Assembly (NCBI GenBank): GCA_951406725.2
Contig: OX597830.1
Location: 64,480,001 to 64,544,000, forward strand
Direction of reading: 5' to 3'
DNA length: 64,000 bases
Source of the DNA: Octopus vulgaris
Taxonomy: Eukaryota
Shown here: positions 41,377-54,820 of the stretch, piece after piece
How the letters are laid out: each line of letters opens with the position of its first letter
How positions within the stretch are numbered: the stretch's first letter is position 1
Notes under the pieces: generated by a model
Database searches by the model: none
The model's input: only the letters and a program-made list of their open reading frames with translations
What the model was told of the DNA's origin: nothing
Position numbers and translations under genes: made by a program

Positions 41377-42659
41377 GATGGGGTGGGTGGAGAAAGAGAC
41401 TGGAATGAAATAAAGGGCGAGGAACTAAAGAGAAAGAAGGGGAGTAGTTTGTGAGCTACATATGATGCACATGTGTACTAACAAATACGGTTCACTTAGT
41501 GACATTTTCATTGGTTGGTTGACCTCAAACACGTGATACTCCACCCAACACCTTAGATATCTTCGTCATTATATCTTCTTTCATCGGAGATTGCATTGAG
41601 TCGCTTACAATTATTATTCAGCCTCTCTTTTTTCTCTCCATCATTCTTCCTATATACATGTATGTGTGTGTGTGTGTATTTATATACATATATACCCATA
41701 TAACTACCACTCCTTCCTCTATCTCCCCCACCTCCCTTCCTTCCCTCCCAATACACAGAAAAGTACACACATAACTCGCTTAACCTTCATACTTATAAAA
41801 TGGAATAAACATCCCTCTGGTGAATATCTGTCAATGTGATATCGTCTAAAGAAGCCAATCCATGAAGATGATTTTCCCGATACCCACCGACAGTACGGAA
41901 TACACCTTATTCATCGCAGAATACGAACTGTGATCTTAAGAGACATGTGAGTTGTGGTAACGCGCGTAGCGATGCATTAAATGTCATATATATATATATA
42001 TATATATATTTATAACAATAATCCTTGGATAGAATTTATAGACAGAACGTAACGGCAGACGAAATACTGCTAAGCATTACGCTCGGCGCGCTAACGATTC
42101 TGCCAGCTCGCTGCCCTTATACTTATATGGCAAATGAAAGACGGAAGATGGAATATACGAGAATTTATTAACCACGACAATTGTTTCGACACATCTAGCA
42201 TCGATCCCTCATGTGTGGGACACTTAACAAGTGGTTCAGGAGCATCCGGCGGTGCAGATGTGTCTCGTCGAGTGATAAATAAATGCAACTCGTTAAAATA
42301 TCAGCTGAATCACCCTGAGGACTATATTAAGGGCACGCGTGTCTACAAAGTGCTCAGTGACTTGTACGTTAACCCATTGCCTACCATGAGCCCCATTTGG
42401 GGATCTACTAAAAACAGTCTCACTCCCAGTTGTTCGAGGTACTTAAAGCGAATTGTTCATGTACACTGCATTTGCAGAGGTGTGTTTAACAATATTTAGT
42501 AGTTAAAGTTTATCATTACTAGCTCAGGCTAATTCTTGAGGACATTTTATGTCATAAATCGCAAATTTTAAACTACGAAAATGTTGACTGATTTGAAAAT
42601 GTTTCTTTTTTTTATATTTTGAATTTCCCATATATATATATATATATATATATATAATT

Positions 42660-43645
42660 CAGGGTGAACACTTGATAACTGTATATGCCAGTTAGTGGTG
42701 TAGGTGATAGGGTATATTTATCCAAAGAAAAACAGGATGCAAAGGATCTAGCGGTACATATGATTCTGGCTTTATTGGACAATTTATATCAATGAATAAT
42801 TGATGTAACATGTATGTCAATAGCCTATCAGAAAGTAGATAAGTTTATAGACACACGCCACACTTAGAGCATACAACTTAAATTGACCATCCACCCACTA
42901 CCATACAGCTCCCCAGATAATTAAGATTTAATTTATGACACTCACCAAAAACATCCTAAACCTTCACCACTAACCACCATGTATTTTTCTGTATCTCCTT
43001 ATTCTTACCTTACTTTATCTTTATGTCCACTTTTTTATTTTTTTATTTTTTTATCCTTTTATATTTTTATTTTTCGTTTTTATTTTTCGTCTTTATTTTT
43101 TCGCTTCTTTATCTTTATTTGTATTTCCTTGTTATTTTTCACTTCTACGCTGCCCCAATACAGCTCCAGAACTTTAGACCCAACACACGACATTCTTTGT
43201 ATCTTTATATACTTATTTTTTTTACATCTTTACTCTTTTATTACATTTTGCACTTACTATTATCCTGTATAATCATGTTTAGTTATACTTTTCCCTCTTT
43301 GTGATCCCAACTTCATTAAAGATTCACCCACTTCCACTTCTTCCCTCTTTATCTCAACCTCCTCATTCTTTATCGAGTGAAAAAACGGTATGGACATTTT
43401 GTTTTGGTGTCTCGCTATGCCATATACGACTATGAGGATTTGCATTCCCAACGAAACTCGTCTTTTTCCCAAACTTCTTCTCAAACCTGCTATAATGTAA
43501 TACATGTCTTTGGTGTGGTAATTGTGCGCGGCTGAAGAAGGCTATTGACATACATGTTACATCAATTATGCATTGATATAAATTGTCCAATAAAGCCAGA
43601 AACAATATGTACCGCTAAATCCTTTGCATCCTGTTTTTCTTTTGA
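42660..43645 (+). mobile_element. Penelope-like element remnant with ~110-bp inverted termini, inserted in (TA)n
   Basis: 42721-42831 is the reverse complement of 43532-43645; the right arm holds a hammerhead. Confidence 0.6.
43528..43615 (+). ncRNA. Candidate type-I hammerhead ribozyme (intact core)
   Basis: Stem I GCGG/CCGC, CTGAAGA 43532-38, extended stem II GGCT-ATTG...CAAT-AA-AGCC, GAAAC-AATAT-GTA. Confidence 0.7.
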
Positions 43646-44630
43646 TATATATATGTATATATCATTCATTGATAGTTCATACACATTTGCATTAGATACT
43701 GTAGTTAAAAAAAAAAACTAAAATGTTTATTTTTGCAATCGAATAGAAAAGGATAAATATTCTCTTTTTTCAGCGATCCCCGTTTGTGACTTTTCGAAAA
43801 AGTTATCATAATTTCCAAAATAATTCACATATGAAGAAAATTGAAATAATATATATTAATTTAACTCCTAAAATACCAGGCAAAGCCAAAATACATAAAA
43901 AAAATATTTTGCCAGTTAATGGGTTAATGTCACGGGGAGGTTGTTCCGTTGATCTGATCCACTGGAACACGCGTCGTCGCAATCGACGGAGTACCAATTC
44001 ATTCATTTTTTCTTTTTATTAACCCTATTTATTAGGAGCTATTATTTATAAGTAGACTGGCCATAGAGACACATACATAGTTTATAAACGACTTATGAAT
44101 ATATGTTAATTACATTGACACCAGTAATAAAAGACAGGACAGTTTTACACTCCACGACGCACAGCTCCGTCCTCAATAATTCCAACGAAACTTTTTCAAG
44201 TTGTTCACTTGACACTTACAAATTATATAGTTTCTATTGTTATTGTTGTAACTGCTGCTGCTGGTGTTCTAAATTGTTGCGTGTGTCTGTTTACTTTAGG
44301 TCAAACCAAACCCGAAAGGCTTTGCAAGTTACAGAGAGAAATCTACTATGGAAGACTCAAAATATAATAACTGTATAATGACGGTATATAATATATATCA
44401 TAATGATATTTGTTCTCCGATTTGATACGACAATTTATAAATATAAAGAAATACTGAAAAATGATGAGCTAGCCTTAAACAGAATCGAACTCACAAATCG
44501 ACGGTTTCATGGCTCCTTGCGAATCTGATTGCCCAAACGCTCACCCATCAATTTCGGCCAAATCCAGTCAATATATATTTAAACTGTCTTGATACTACAT
44601 AAATGATAAATGATATATTATATACCGTTA

Positions 44631-44686
<56 letters not shown>

Positions 44687-44688
<2 letters not shown>

Positions 44689-44958
44689 CGAGGCTCCGGC
44701 AGGGGATGGTGGTGATCCCTGCTGTACTCTTTCACCACAACTTTCTCTCAGTCTTACTTCCTGTTTCTGTTGTACCTGTATTTCAAAGGGCCGGCCTTGT
44801 CACTCTCTGTGTCACGCTGAATACCCCCGAGAACTACGTTAAGGGTACACGTGTCTGTGGAGTGCTCAGCCACTTACACGTTAATTTCACGAGCAGACTG
44901 TTCCGTTGATTCGGATCAACCGGAACCCTCGTCGTCGTAACCGACGGAGTGCTTCCAT

Positions 44959-44960
<2 letters not shown>
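44687..44960 (+). mobile_element. SINE/LINE 3' fragment (family D) in (TA)n
   Basis: AAGGGTACACGTGTCTGTGGAGTGCTCAGCCACTT...CGTCGTCGTAACCGACGGAGTGC, homologous to 42300/43924. Confidence 0.7.
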
Positions 44961-45018
<58 letters not shown>

Positions 45019-45277
45019 TAGTTACGTTTGGAGTGAGAAGAAATTTGACGTAGATATATATTTGTGAGTAGTGTTAATATATTTAATATGCATATAGATA
45101 CGAGTATGTATGCACAATGAATACAACACTCCGCTATCCACAACATTGAAGTCACGTGACACAACATGTCATTGAATTCACTCGTAACCATGGCGATCGT
45201 TTTGATCTGCCTATCATCTTCATCTTTCGAACTCGGCATTCCCTCACGTTTAAAGTAAAGAACATGTGAACTTAACA

Positions 45278-45329
<52 letters not shown>

Positions 45330-45694
45330 ATGCATGTATGAAATTCCTATGGCGAAGGAAGAGTGATGACGTGTGCAGACCTAACCAGTTGGTGGAAATG
45401 CACAGCACAGTTACAGCTTTCGTCTTTCACTTGTTGCTTCAAAGCATGTACACATGCAACGGGGCTGAATAAATCAGCTGAGAGGTCATTGGCGGAAAGT
45501 CACAGATGCAGCTGTCAGAGAGGAAGGACAAAGCTCGACAGTCATCTCTGATGATGGAACTGTCACCGTACATATACACCCCCCATCACACACATACACA
45601 CATACACACATTTCGTTCTCCGGTCTCTCGCTCTCCAATCGGGCCTCACTCTCTGGACTATAAGCACATATACACGTGCGTCTGTCTGTCTGTA

Positions 45695-45777
<83 letters not shown>

Positions 45778-45941
45778 ATGTCTGTCTGTCTGTGTGTCTG
45801 TCTCTCTTTCTTTCTCTCTCTCTCTCTGTATGTATATATGTGTGTACGTGCGTGCCTTCGTGTGTGTGTTTGTGTGTAGGAAATATATCATGTAGAGAGG
45901 GCAACCTCTCTTGAAAATCTCATTCAGAAAATGTAGTTCAA

Positions 45942-46020
<79 letters not shown>

Positions 46021-46189
46021 CATACATATATGCATATGTATACATACACACACACACAAACACATACATATAAACCTACACGCACCACTCTATACACGGA
46101 CATTATTGAAACTTGTATCTGTCATATATATGAGAAAGTAAAAATTACAAACGTGAAATAACTTCCCTCTATATACACGCACTAGCGGG

Positions 46190-46220
<31 letters not shown>

Positions 46221-47104
46221 GAGAGAGAGAGTGAGAGAGAGAGAGAGTGGAGGAGAGACAGAGAGAGACAGAAAGACAGAGACAGTGAGAGCAAAAGCAG
46301 ACACACACACACTCACACACATGTACACTGACACACACACACACACACACACACGTACACTGACACACTAACACACAGACACAACAGAGCGTACACACAC
46401 ATACACACACACAGACACACACACCAGTACATAACATTCTCAACAGTAATAATAACATATACAGTCAGATACAGTAACATAGTTGTCTAAACTGATGTGA
46501 GGCCTTGACCTTTCTCTGTGACCCATAATTTCTGAACTGACGTTATTGCGACACACATAAAAGCATACATACATACATACATATATATATATACATACAT
46601 ACATGCATACATACATACAGGCATACATACATACATACATACATACACACATACACAAATACATACACACATACACACATACATACATACACACATACAT
46701 ACACACATACATACATACATGCATACATACATACATACATGCATATATACATACATACATACACACATACATACATAAATACATACATACATTCATACAC
46801 ACATACATACATACATACATACACACATACATACATACATACATACATACATACACACACACATACATACATACATATATACATACATACACACATACAT
46901 ACACACATACATACATACATGCATACATACATACATAAATACATACATACATACATACATACACACACACATACATACATATATACATACATACATTCAT
47001 GCATGCATACATACGTATGTATGTTTGTATATGTATGTATAATACGTATCCACATACACACACGTATAAGCACTTTATCTCAACAAAGGTACACACACAC
47101 ATAA

Positions 47105-47153
<49 letters not shown>

Positions 47154-47188
47154 TATTCATATATAAGTATATACAACATGTGCATATG

Positions 47189-47230
<42 letters not shown>

Positions 47231-47392
47231 TGTAGATACATCTATATAATTACACGCAGCTACACGTATAAACATAAATATGTATGGATATGTACACATA
47301 TATACACATATATTTTCTGAGTGATTGTGCATGTGTGTTTGTATGACCTATCTTTCGTTGTATGCATGTATCTATCTATCAATCTATCTATC

Positions 47393-47435
<43 letters not shown>

Positions 47436-47436
47436 A

Positions 47437-47491
<55 letters not shown>

Positions 47492-47821
47492 GAGGCGAGC
47501 TCACGGTACTGAGATTGCAGAGCAAAACAAAATGCGGTATTGGTTCCGATATTAAATTTAGTATTCCAATGCAAGGCAATTTTGTCCAAGCACCTTTTCA
47601 TCTTTTTGGGGTCGATAAAATTAGGGACTTGCCTCAATCCTGAATGGAGGCAATTCTTGGAACTCTAGTGGTCAATAATCAATATTTGAAACTGCCGACA
47701 ACTTCCCCGCGTATAAGCCCCATTATTTTGAGTTGGGCTCTATGAATAAAAATAAGAACCTTCTGTCATATATAGTCACATACAGTAACATAGTTGTCTA
47801 AACTGATGTGACGCCTTGACC

Positions 47822-48130
47822 ATGTCATGAATGACCATGGGATTACACCTAAAAGGCCCCCCTCCGAGGCACAAATCCGAGCGATGTGGTTTATGGAAGA
47901 CCAGCAGTCTCCCATGCATACCAGCCTCTCCTCTCCACACCACAGATGTTATCCAAGGGAAAAGCAAAGGCCGTTATAGCTTGGTACAATTTCTAAAGCT
48001 GAGTGAACTGGAGCAACGTGAAATAAAATGTCTTGCCCAAAAACACAACATACAGCCCGGTCCGGGAATCGAACTCAGTACCACATGATTGTGAGCCCGA
48101 TGTTCTAACCACTGAACCATGCGCCTTCAC
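47822..48130 (-). mobile_element. tRNA-derived SINE family C
   Basis: Minus strand GGCGCATGGTTCAGTGG (A-box), GAGTTCGATTCCC (B-box), TTTATTTCACGTTGCTCCAGTTCACTCAGCT as at 21758. Confidence 0.8.
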
Positions 48131-48199
48131 TACTCTATGAACCTTAACCTATTTCATTTTGAGGTCCTAGCATGGGCCGATGAATCTTTGTCACCATGC

Positions 48200-48785
48200 A
48201 GCGGCGTTCAGTTCATGGATCTGTACACCTTCCAACGACATTTGACAATGCCTTTTATTTGAATAACTTACACTCAAATATCTTGCTTTTGAATATTTCG
48301 ATACGTGAGATATTTTGTTTTTGTTTTAAAACTGATAATTTAGTCTTTATTTCATATTTTGATATCCTGTTTCATAGAACGTCTTGTTTTTATTCCATAT
48401 CTAAATATTTTGTTACGTTAATCAGTTTATTATTTTTACATTTCAATATCTTGCTACGTCAAACATTTTGTTTTTGTTTACTACTGGACTGCTTCTTTGT
48501 TTATATCTTAGTGATATGAAATACTGTGTATTTACCCATTCTTCGCAGATGGTGTTTAAACAGTAGTTTCTTAATGGTGCTTCGCAAAAACAATTTACGT
48601 GCACCAGGAATTTTTTACAATACCATTCAATACTTAAATTTTTTTTACTAAATGCTTGAGAGTCTTTAAAAAAATGCATTGTTCATGAATATGATTAGTT
48701 AAACACGACCAATTTCGAAATTTTGAAACATGAAGTCAGAACTACAAACATTTTCTGTGGAGTATTAATGCTTTCAGACGACTGT
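48200..48785 (-). mobile_element. Possible decayed Tc1-like element 5' end
   Basis: Minus strand TA|CAGTCGTCTGAAAG terminus; MGKYT-like start ~250 bp inside; no partner TIR found. Confidence 0.25.
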
Positions 48786-49043
48786 ATATTAAGAGATAAC
48801 GATATGGATATAGAAACACTGCATTGCTTCCAGGTTTTTATTGAGCTTCACACTACGAAGTGACCATTGATGGGAGTAATAATCCAGAACAAACGTTTTG
48901 TAGAGAATCGCTACTCCTCAGCGCTATCAGCCCGTATTTTATTTACGGTGAACCGCTGAATAGCGCAGCCAGTCATTGAACGATGACGGGAATATTATAA
49001 GGACCTACCCCACGTGTCAGTTCTCAGCACCTGCCTTTCAGAA

Positions 49044-49097
49044 CTCTGTTGCTGAAGAGGAGATAACCACTCCGAAATGCATGCATCTGGTTAGGGG
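49044..49097 (+). ncRNA. Candidate hammerhead ribozyme (intact core)
   Basis: CTGAAGA 49052-58, perfect stem II GGAG-ATAACCA-CTCC, GAAA-TGCATGCA-TC (palindromic stem III); stem I is mostly G.U pairs. Confidence 0.55.
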
Positions 49098-50030
49098 CCG
49101 CTGTGAACTGATTCGGTGTATTTACACCTGTATCTTTATAGTAAGAAATGTTCTCCATAACAAAATATAGTGAATGGCTTTCTTACCAGTTCGAAAATGC
49201 ATGAGGCATATATGTCTATATATGTATATGTGTATGCACGTATGTACACAAAAACATACACGCACATATTTACATATATACAAAACACGTGTGTGGTTGA
49301 GTGAAGGTGAACAGGTAGGTACAAATATGGTGGCAAAATTTGTTGTAAGGAGATAAAAGGACAATCAGGAAATAGCAATAATATGAGAATGTATACAAGC
49401 GCAACAACCGAACGTACAGAGAAAATCTCATTGAGATTATACTGTTATTAATACAGAGTAGACAAAGAAACATTCCTGATCTGAACAAAAACATAATGTC
49501 TGACGTATCAAAATAGCATTCTGCTGTTCTAGCTACCAGGATCCACCATTTAGAGAAAGGACAAATTTAGAACTAACAAGCACTACTGAAATATAAATAC
49601 GCATACTGAATGAGGCTTCAATTTGTTTGTTTATTACATAGTTAAATATCATCTATTGCATCATATATATACACACGCACGCACACACACATATATATAT
49701 ATATATGTTTGTGTGTGTGTATGTATGAATATGTATGTATCTATATTTGCATGTATGTAACAATTTGTTTATGTATCTATGTATCTAAGTGGTTTATGAA
49801 TATACATGTATATACATATGCACCGAGAAGCATAAGTACATATATGCATGCATACATGATGCAATGATACATATATGGTTTATTTATAAGTAACACCTAT
49901 CACACCGTGTAAAAAGTATGGATATACATACTATCATACACACACATACACTGATGCACACACACACATATGCACATACACAGATCATGTAGATATGTGT
50001 GTATTTTAGTGTCAAATGTACACACATACA

Positions 50031-50133
<103 letters not shown>

Positions 50134-50322
50134 CACACACATACACATACATTTGTTCCTGCGCATATATTTAAATGTGTATGCATGGTAAGTATGCATA
50201 AATATGCATGTATATTCATACATATTTGTAACTTCCTTTCATCTGTATCGCTCTCTCCCCATGCACACACACTCACACACACAGATACGTACATGCATAT
50301 ACAATTACATACGTACACATTG

Positions 50323-50356
<34 letters not shown>

Positions 50357-50452
50357 ACATGTATCCATATAATGTACATAGAAACATATACATACATAAA
50401 TACGTGCATACATGTATGTATCCATATGTGTATATAATTATGCATACACATG

Positions 50453-50516
<64 letters not shown>

Positions 50517-50738
50517 AATAGGTGTATATTACTAGTATCATTAGCATTGCAATTTACCTTTCACATAAAAAGAAAACACAACACAACACACCGCCTCCGC
50601 CACCACCACCGCCTCCGCCGCCGCCACCACCACCGCCTCCGCCAACACCACCGCCACGAACAACCCCCCCATCACCATCATTGTACAACAGCAGCAAAAT
50701 GTCTAGACTTTCTGCTATCCTTCCTTTGTAGACATTAC

Positions 50739-50775
<37 letters not shown>

Positions 50776-50979
50776 CCACTCTCCCCCTCTCTCTTGTCTC
50801 TCTCTCTGTCTTTCTCCTATTCTCTTCTTGCGACATTTACCTCTCCCTCTTCGTTTCTAATCTTTTTATCTCTTATCTTTTATCTGTATTAATCATTCTT
50901 TCAACACTTACTCCGTCACCTTAATAATCAAAACATCAAAACGTAAATAAATAAATAAATGAATAAATGAATAAATGAA

Positions 50980-51010
<31 letters not shown>

Positions 51011-51311
51011 ATGTAAGACGGCGTCGTTGAGTGACCAGAACGAGGCTGTTTGTGACGTCAATGCAGCTTTGACCGAAGTTTAATTACTCTAACTTCGCCG
51101 ATCTGCTTTCAACATGAAACAGTTTTAGGCATCGTACTACTGACACCTGTTGCTGAAACTGGGAACTATGCCAAATAGCAGCGATAGACAGATAGTTATA
51201 TGATAATTTGAGGGAAGTCTGATTGGAGAGGATTGCGTGATTGTGTGTGATGTATAAGTGCAGAAGTGCGCAGTGCACAATGGCAGTAGGTCTACAGTAA
51301 AGAGCAGTAAT

Positions 51312-51525
51312 ATCTTTTTTCTACTCTAGTCACAAGGCTCGAAATTTTGGGGGGAGGAAGGCAAATCGATAAGATCGACCCCAGTACGCAACTGGTACTT
51401 ATTTTTATCGACCCCGAAAGGATGAAAGGCAAAGTTAACTTCGGCGGAATTTGAACTCAGAACGTAAAGACATAGGAAACACCGCTAAGCATTTCACCCG
51501 GCGTGGTAACGTTTCTGCCAGCTCT
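51312..51525 (-). mobile_element. SINE family B
   Basis: Near full-length match to 55260-55453. Confidence 0.88.
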
Positions 51526-51579
51526 CTATATATTCAAATGATAAACTTCTGTCTGTCTGTCTGCCTGTCTGTCTGTCTC

Positions 51580-51616
<37 letters not shown>

Positions 51617-52191
51617 ATGTATGTATGTATGTATGTATGTATGTATGTGTATGTGCGTATGTATGTGTATGTGTATGTGTCTACGTATGTATGTTATTCA
51701 GTTTTATTTCAAGATTTCTTGCCAATGGTGAAAGAGCCGTTTTCTAAACTAGACCCAAGTTTCCTTCATTGGAATTTCAACAACATCAACAGGGTATTTT
51801 CGCATGTATGCCGATATATGTGCAGTACTTGGAGCTAGTGCACGTGCAGGTTTGTATGTTTTGTTTTATGCATGGATTCTCATGCATTATTGCGTGTCTA
51901 GACAAGCGGATATGTACTTAAAATGATAAACTTCAGGAAAGTTTTGAAGATTTTTACAGTTCCAGTGATGGCTTGGATCTGTAGTCTTCAAATCAGCTTT
52001 CTCCTTTCTGGTTTTGAAAAGCCCAATTTCTCAAGATTAGTATTCTTGTGTGGATGTATGTTAATGCTCATGTGAGTATATATGTATATAAGTGTATATG
52101 CATGTATGGTTAGTTCATGTTTTATTATGGCATTGAGAAAGTTCACTTGAGGTAGCAGATCTATCTGTCCGTCCGTCCGTCTCTCTGTCCG

Positions 52192-52250
<59 letters not shown>

Positions 52251-52253
52251 GCC

Positions 52254-52325
<72 letters not shown>

Positions 52326-52869
52326 GCCATCTATCTATCTATCTGTCTGTCTATCTGTCAATCTGTCTGTCTATCTATCTACCCCACTCACGTATATATA
52401 ATATATATACTATACATAATATGTGTGTTTATGCATGTGTGTATACACACACTGATGCACACACATAAATATATATACATGCACATATAGTTTTCAAACA
52501 CATATACACATGCAAACACATGCACATATATAAAATTCATAAACATTTGACGCACGTCTGAATCTATCTGTGCGCACGCGCGATTGCGTGTATGTGTGTG
52601 CACGCGCGCGCGCGTGTGAGCGAACATACTTTTATTATAAAACGCTTCACTAAGTTAAAATTCTCCTGAATTATACGTTCAAAGGATTTCCAAAAGCCGA
52701 ATATCAAAACCTGATCTCTTGGTTTCTCCTGAAATATTTTCGTCTCGGAGTGAATTTAACGACAGCAAAAGCCGAAGATGGCTGCTCGCACCCGAACACC
52801 GAGACGGCGAGTAAATTTGCATTTTGTTCGACCTGCTAAAATTATCAGGCAAAGCCCCTTCAGATCATA

Positions 52870-53302
52870 CCTATGTCTTTACTACGTACAAGGGGCTAAA
52901 CACAGAGGGGACAATCAAGGACAGACAAACAGATTAAGTCGATTACATGGACCCCAGTGCGTAACTGGTACTTAATTTATCGACCCCGAAAGGATAAAAA
53001 GCAAAGTCGACCTCGGCGGAATTTGAACTCAGAACGTAGCGGCAGACGAAACACCGCTAAGCATTTCGTTCGACGTGCTAACGTTTCTGCCAGCTCGCCG
53101 CACCATAGCGTCTTTTAAAAACAAGGATGGGATGGGATGGTCACGCTTGAAATACCTTTCTTTTCTACTCTAGGCACAAGGCCCGAAATTTTTAGGGAGA
53201 TAGCCAGTCGATTAGATTGACCACAGTAAGCAATTGGTACTTAATTTATCGACCCCGAAAGGATGAAAGTCAACCTCTGTGGAATTTGAACTCAGAACGT
53301 AA
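52870..53302 (-). mobile_element. Two SINE family B copies (52870-53100 and 53158-53302)
   Basis: Family B core; the first copy has the alternative 'tail 2' (CCGTTTGTCTGTCCTTG...). Confidence 0.85.
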
Positions 53303-54559
53303 TGCTTGACTAGGATTGGCCCCGGTGTCTGAATAACAATAATAACAATATCAGCAACTGGTGTGCTGAGCCTTCTTCTACTCAGCGACTTGTCTTTGTT
53401 AGAGATTCGGCGATGAAGGACTGCAAATGATATTAGTAATTACCTGTACTCTTTGGTAGTCGTGTACGCGTACAGTTTGAAAGTGAAGTACTGTGCTATC
53501 TGAAAGTCACGAACCTGCAGCGCTCGATAAGCGGAGTGCCCTGCACCGATAGATAACGGTGTAACTGCACCCTTTCAGCGTAGCTTGAAGCGTTTCCCAT
53601 AAACCAATAAATTTTCTAATCTTGACATTTTTTTTTCAAATGCAAAACATCATCAACAACAATGAAAACAATAACGACAACATCAAAAACGTTTAACATT
53701 GAAAACGATAACAACATCAAACGTTGACTCCAACAACAACAACAACACCATGAGTGATGTCGTATACATGTGGTTGGTCACAAATGCGCAGGGGCAGAAT
53801 TGTTGTTGTTGCTGTTGTCACCGTCGAAGTCCTCGTCGTCGTTATCGTGGTTGTTGTTGTTGTTGCTGTTGCTGTTGTTGTTGTTGTTGTTGTTGTTGTT
53901 GTCGTCGTCGTCGTCGAGTTCCAGATAAGCCCCGAATAAGCATATGTATTATCAAAGGCGTTGCAGAACGTGACTATGTCGTCTTTTAAGGATTTTTTGG
54001 ATTTTTTTAATGGTTTTTTATCAAATGAGAAAGACCAGTGCTTATGGCCCCTTTCAAAACCCCCATCCCGATACTAGTCGTCGTGTGGTGGTGGTGGTGG
54101 TGGTGGTGGGGAGATGGAAGCTATCTTTAAACTGGAAGCCTGGTGCTAATGCTTGCAAACAGTTTGGACTTTGCTAATGGCTCATCTAGATCAATTAACA
54201 GAATTGAAACAGAATACGGATAAAGTCAGCGCTGTACAAAATTTAATCCATATGATATGGATCAACATGAAACTCTGGTAGAAGATGCTTCGCTATGGTA
54301 CCGTGCAGTGGAATCGAAAACGAAATCACTCAGGTCCGAAGCGATCTTCTTACCCACATACGCGATCTCCTTACCATACAAACTCCCGTTGTTTAGTACG
54401 CCCTTAATAAAAAATTGATGTTAAGGGATTAGTCAAAACTACTTAGCTGCTATTTCTACGAGATTGATTGATCTCGTAAGGCGATCCCATTGTTGCTTAG
54501 CAGAGGAAAGAGCTAAATTGTGTAGGATTTGTCTATGTTATTACCAAAAGACTTAATGC

Positions 54560-54820
54560 GACAAGCTGACAGAATCGTTAGAAGGCCGGGCAAAATGCTT
54601 CGCGGCATTTTGTCCGTCTTTACGTTCTGAGTTCAAATTCCGCCGAGGTTGACTTTGCCTTTCATCCTTTCAGGGTCGATAAATTAAGTAGCTTTCGTCT
54701 TTTCGGGGGTTGATGTAATCGAGGGCAGAGCTGACCTCAGAGTGATTTGAACTAGTAAGGTGGAGAAAGAGAAGAAATACCGCAAAGTATTACGTCCGAC
54801 GCTCGAACGATTCAGCTGGT
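54560..54820. mobile_element. SINE family B (+, 54560-54722) abutting a reversed old copy (54722-54820)
   Basis: GCTGACAGAATCGTTAG...TTCTGAGTTCAAATTCCGCCGAGG on the plus strand. Confidence 0.8.

Larger units (their letters stand above)
42373..43923. mobile_element. piggyBac-like non-autonomous element
   Basis: TTAA duplication (42369-72 and 43924-27); CCCATT...AATGGG termini; empty site visible in the paralogous repeat at ~44880. Confidence 0.8.
42300..43995 (+). mobile_element. SINE/LINE 3' fragment (family D) split by an insertion: 42300-42372 plus 43924-43995
   Basis: The joined halves align to the intact copy 44815-44952 across CACGTTAATTTCACG. Confidence 0.8.
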
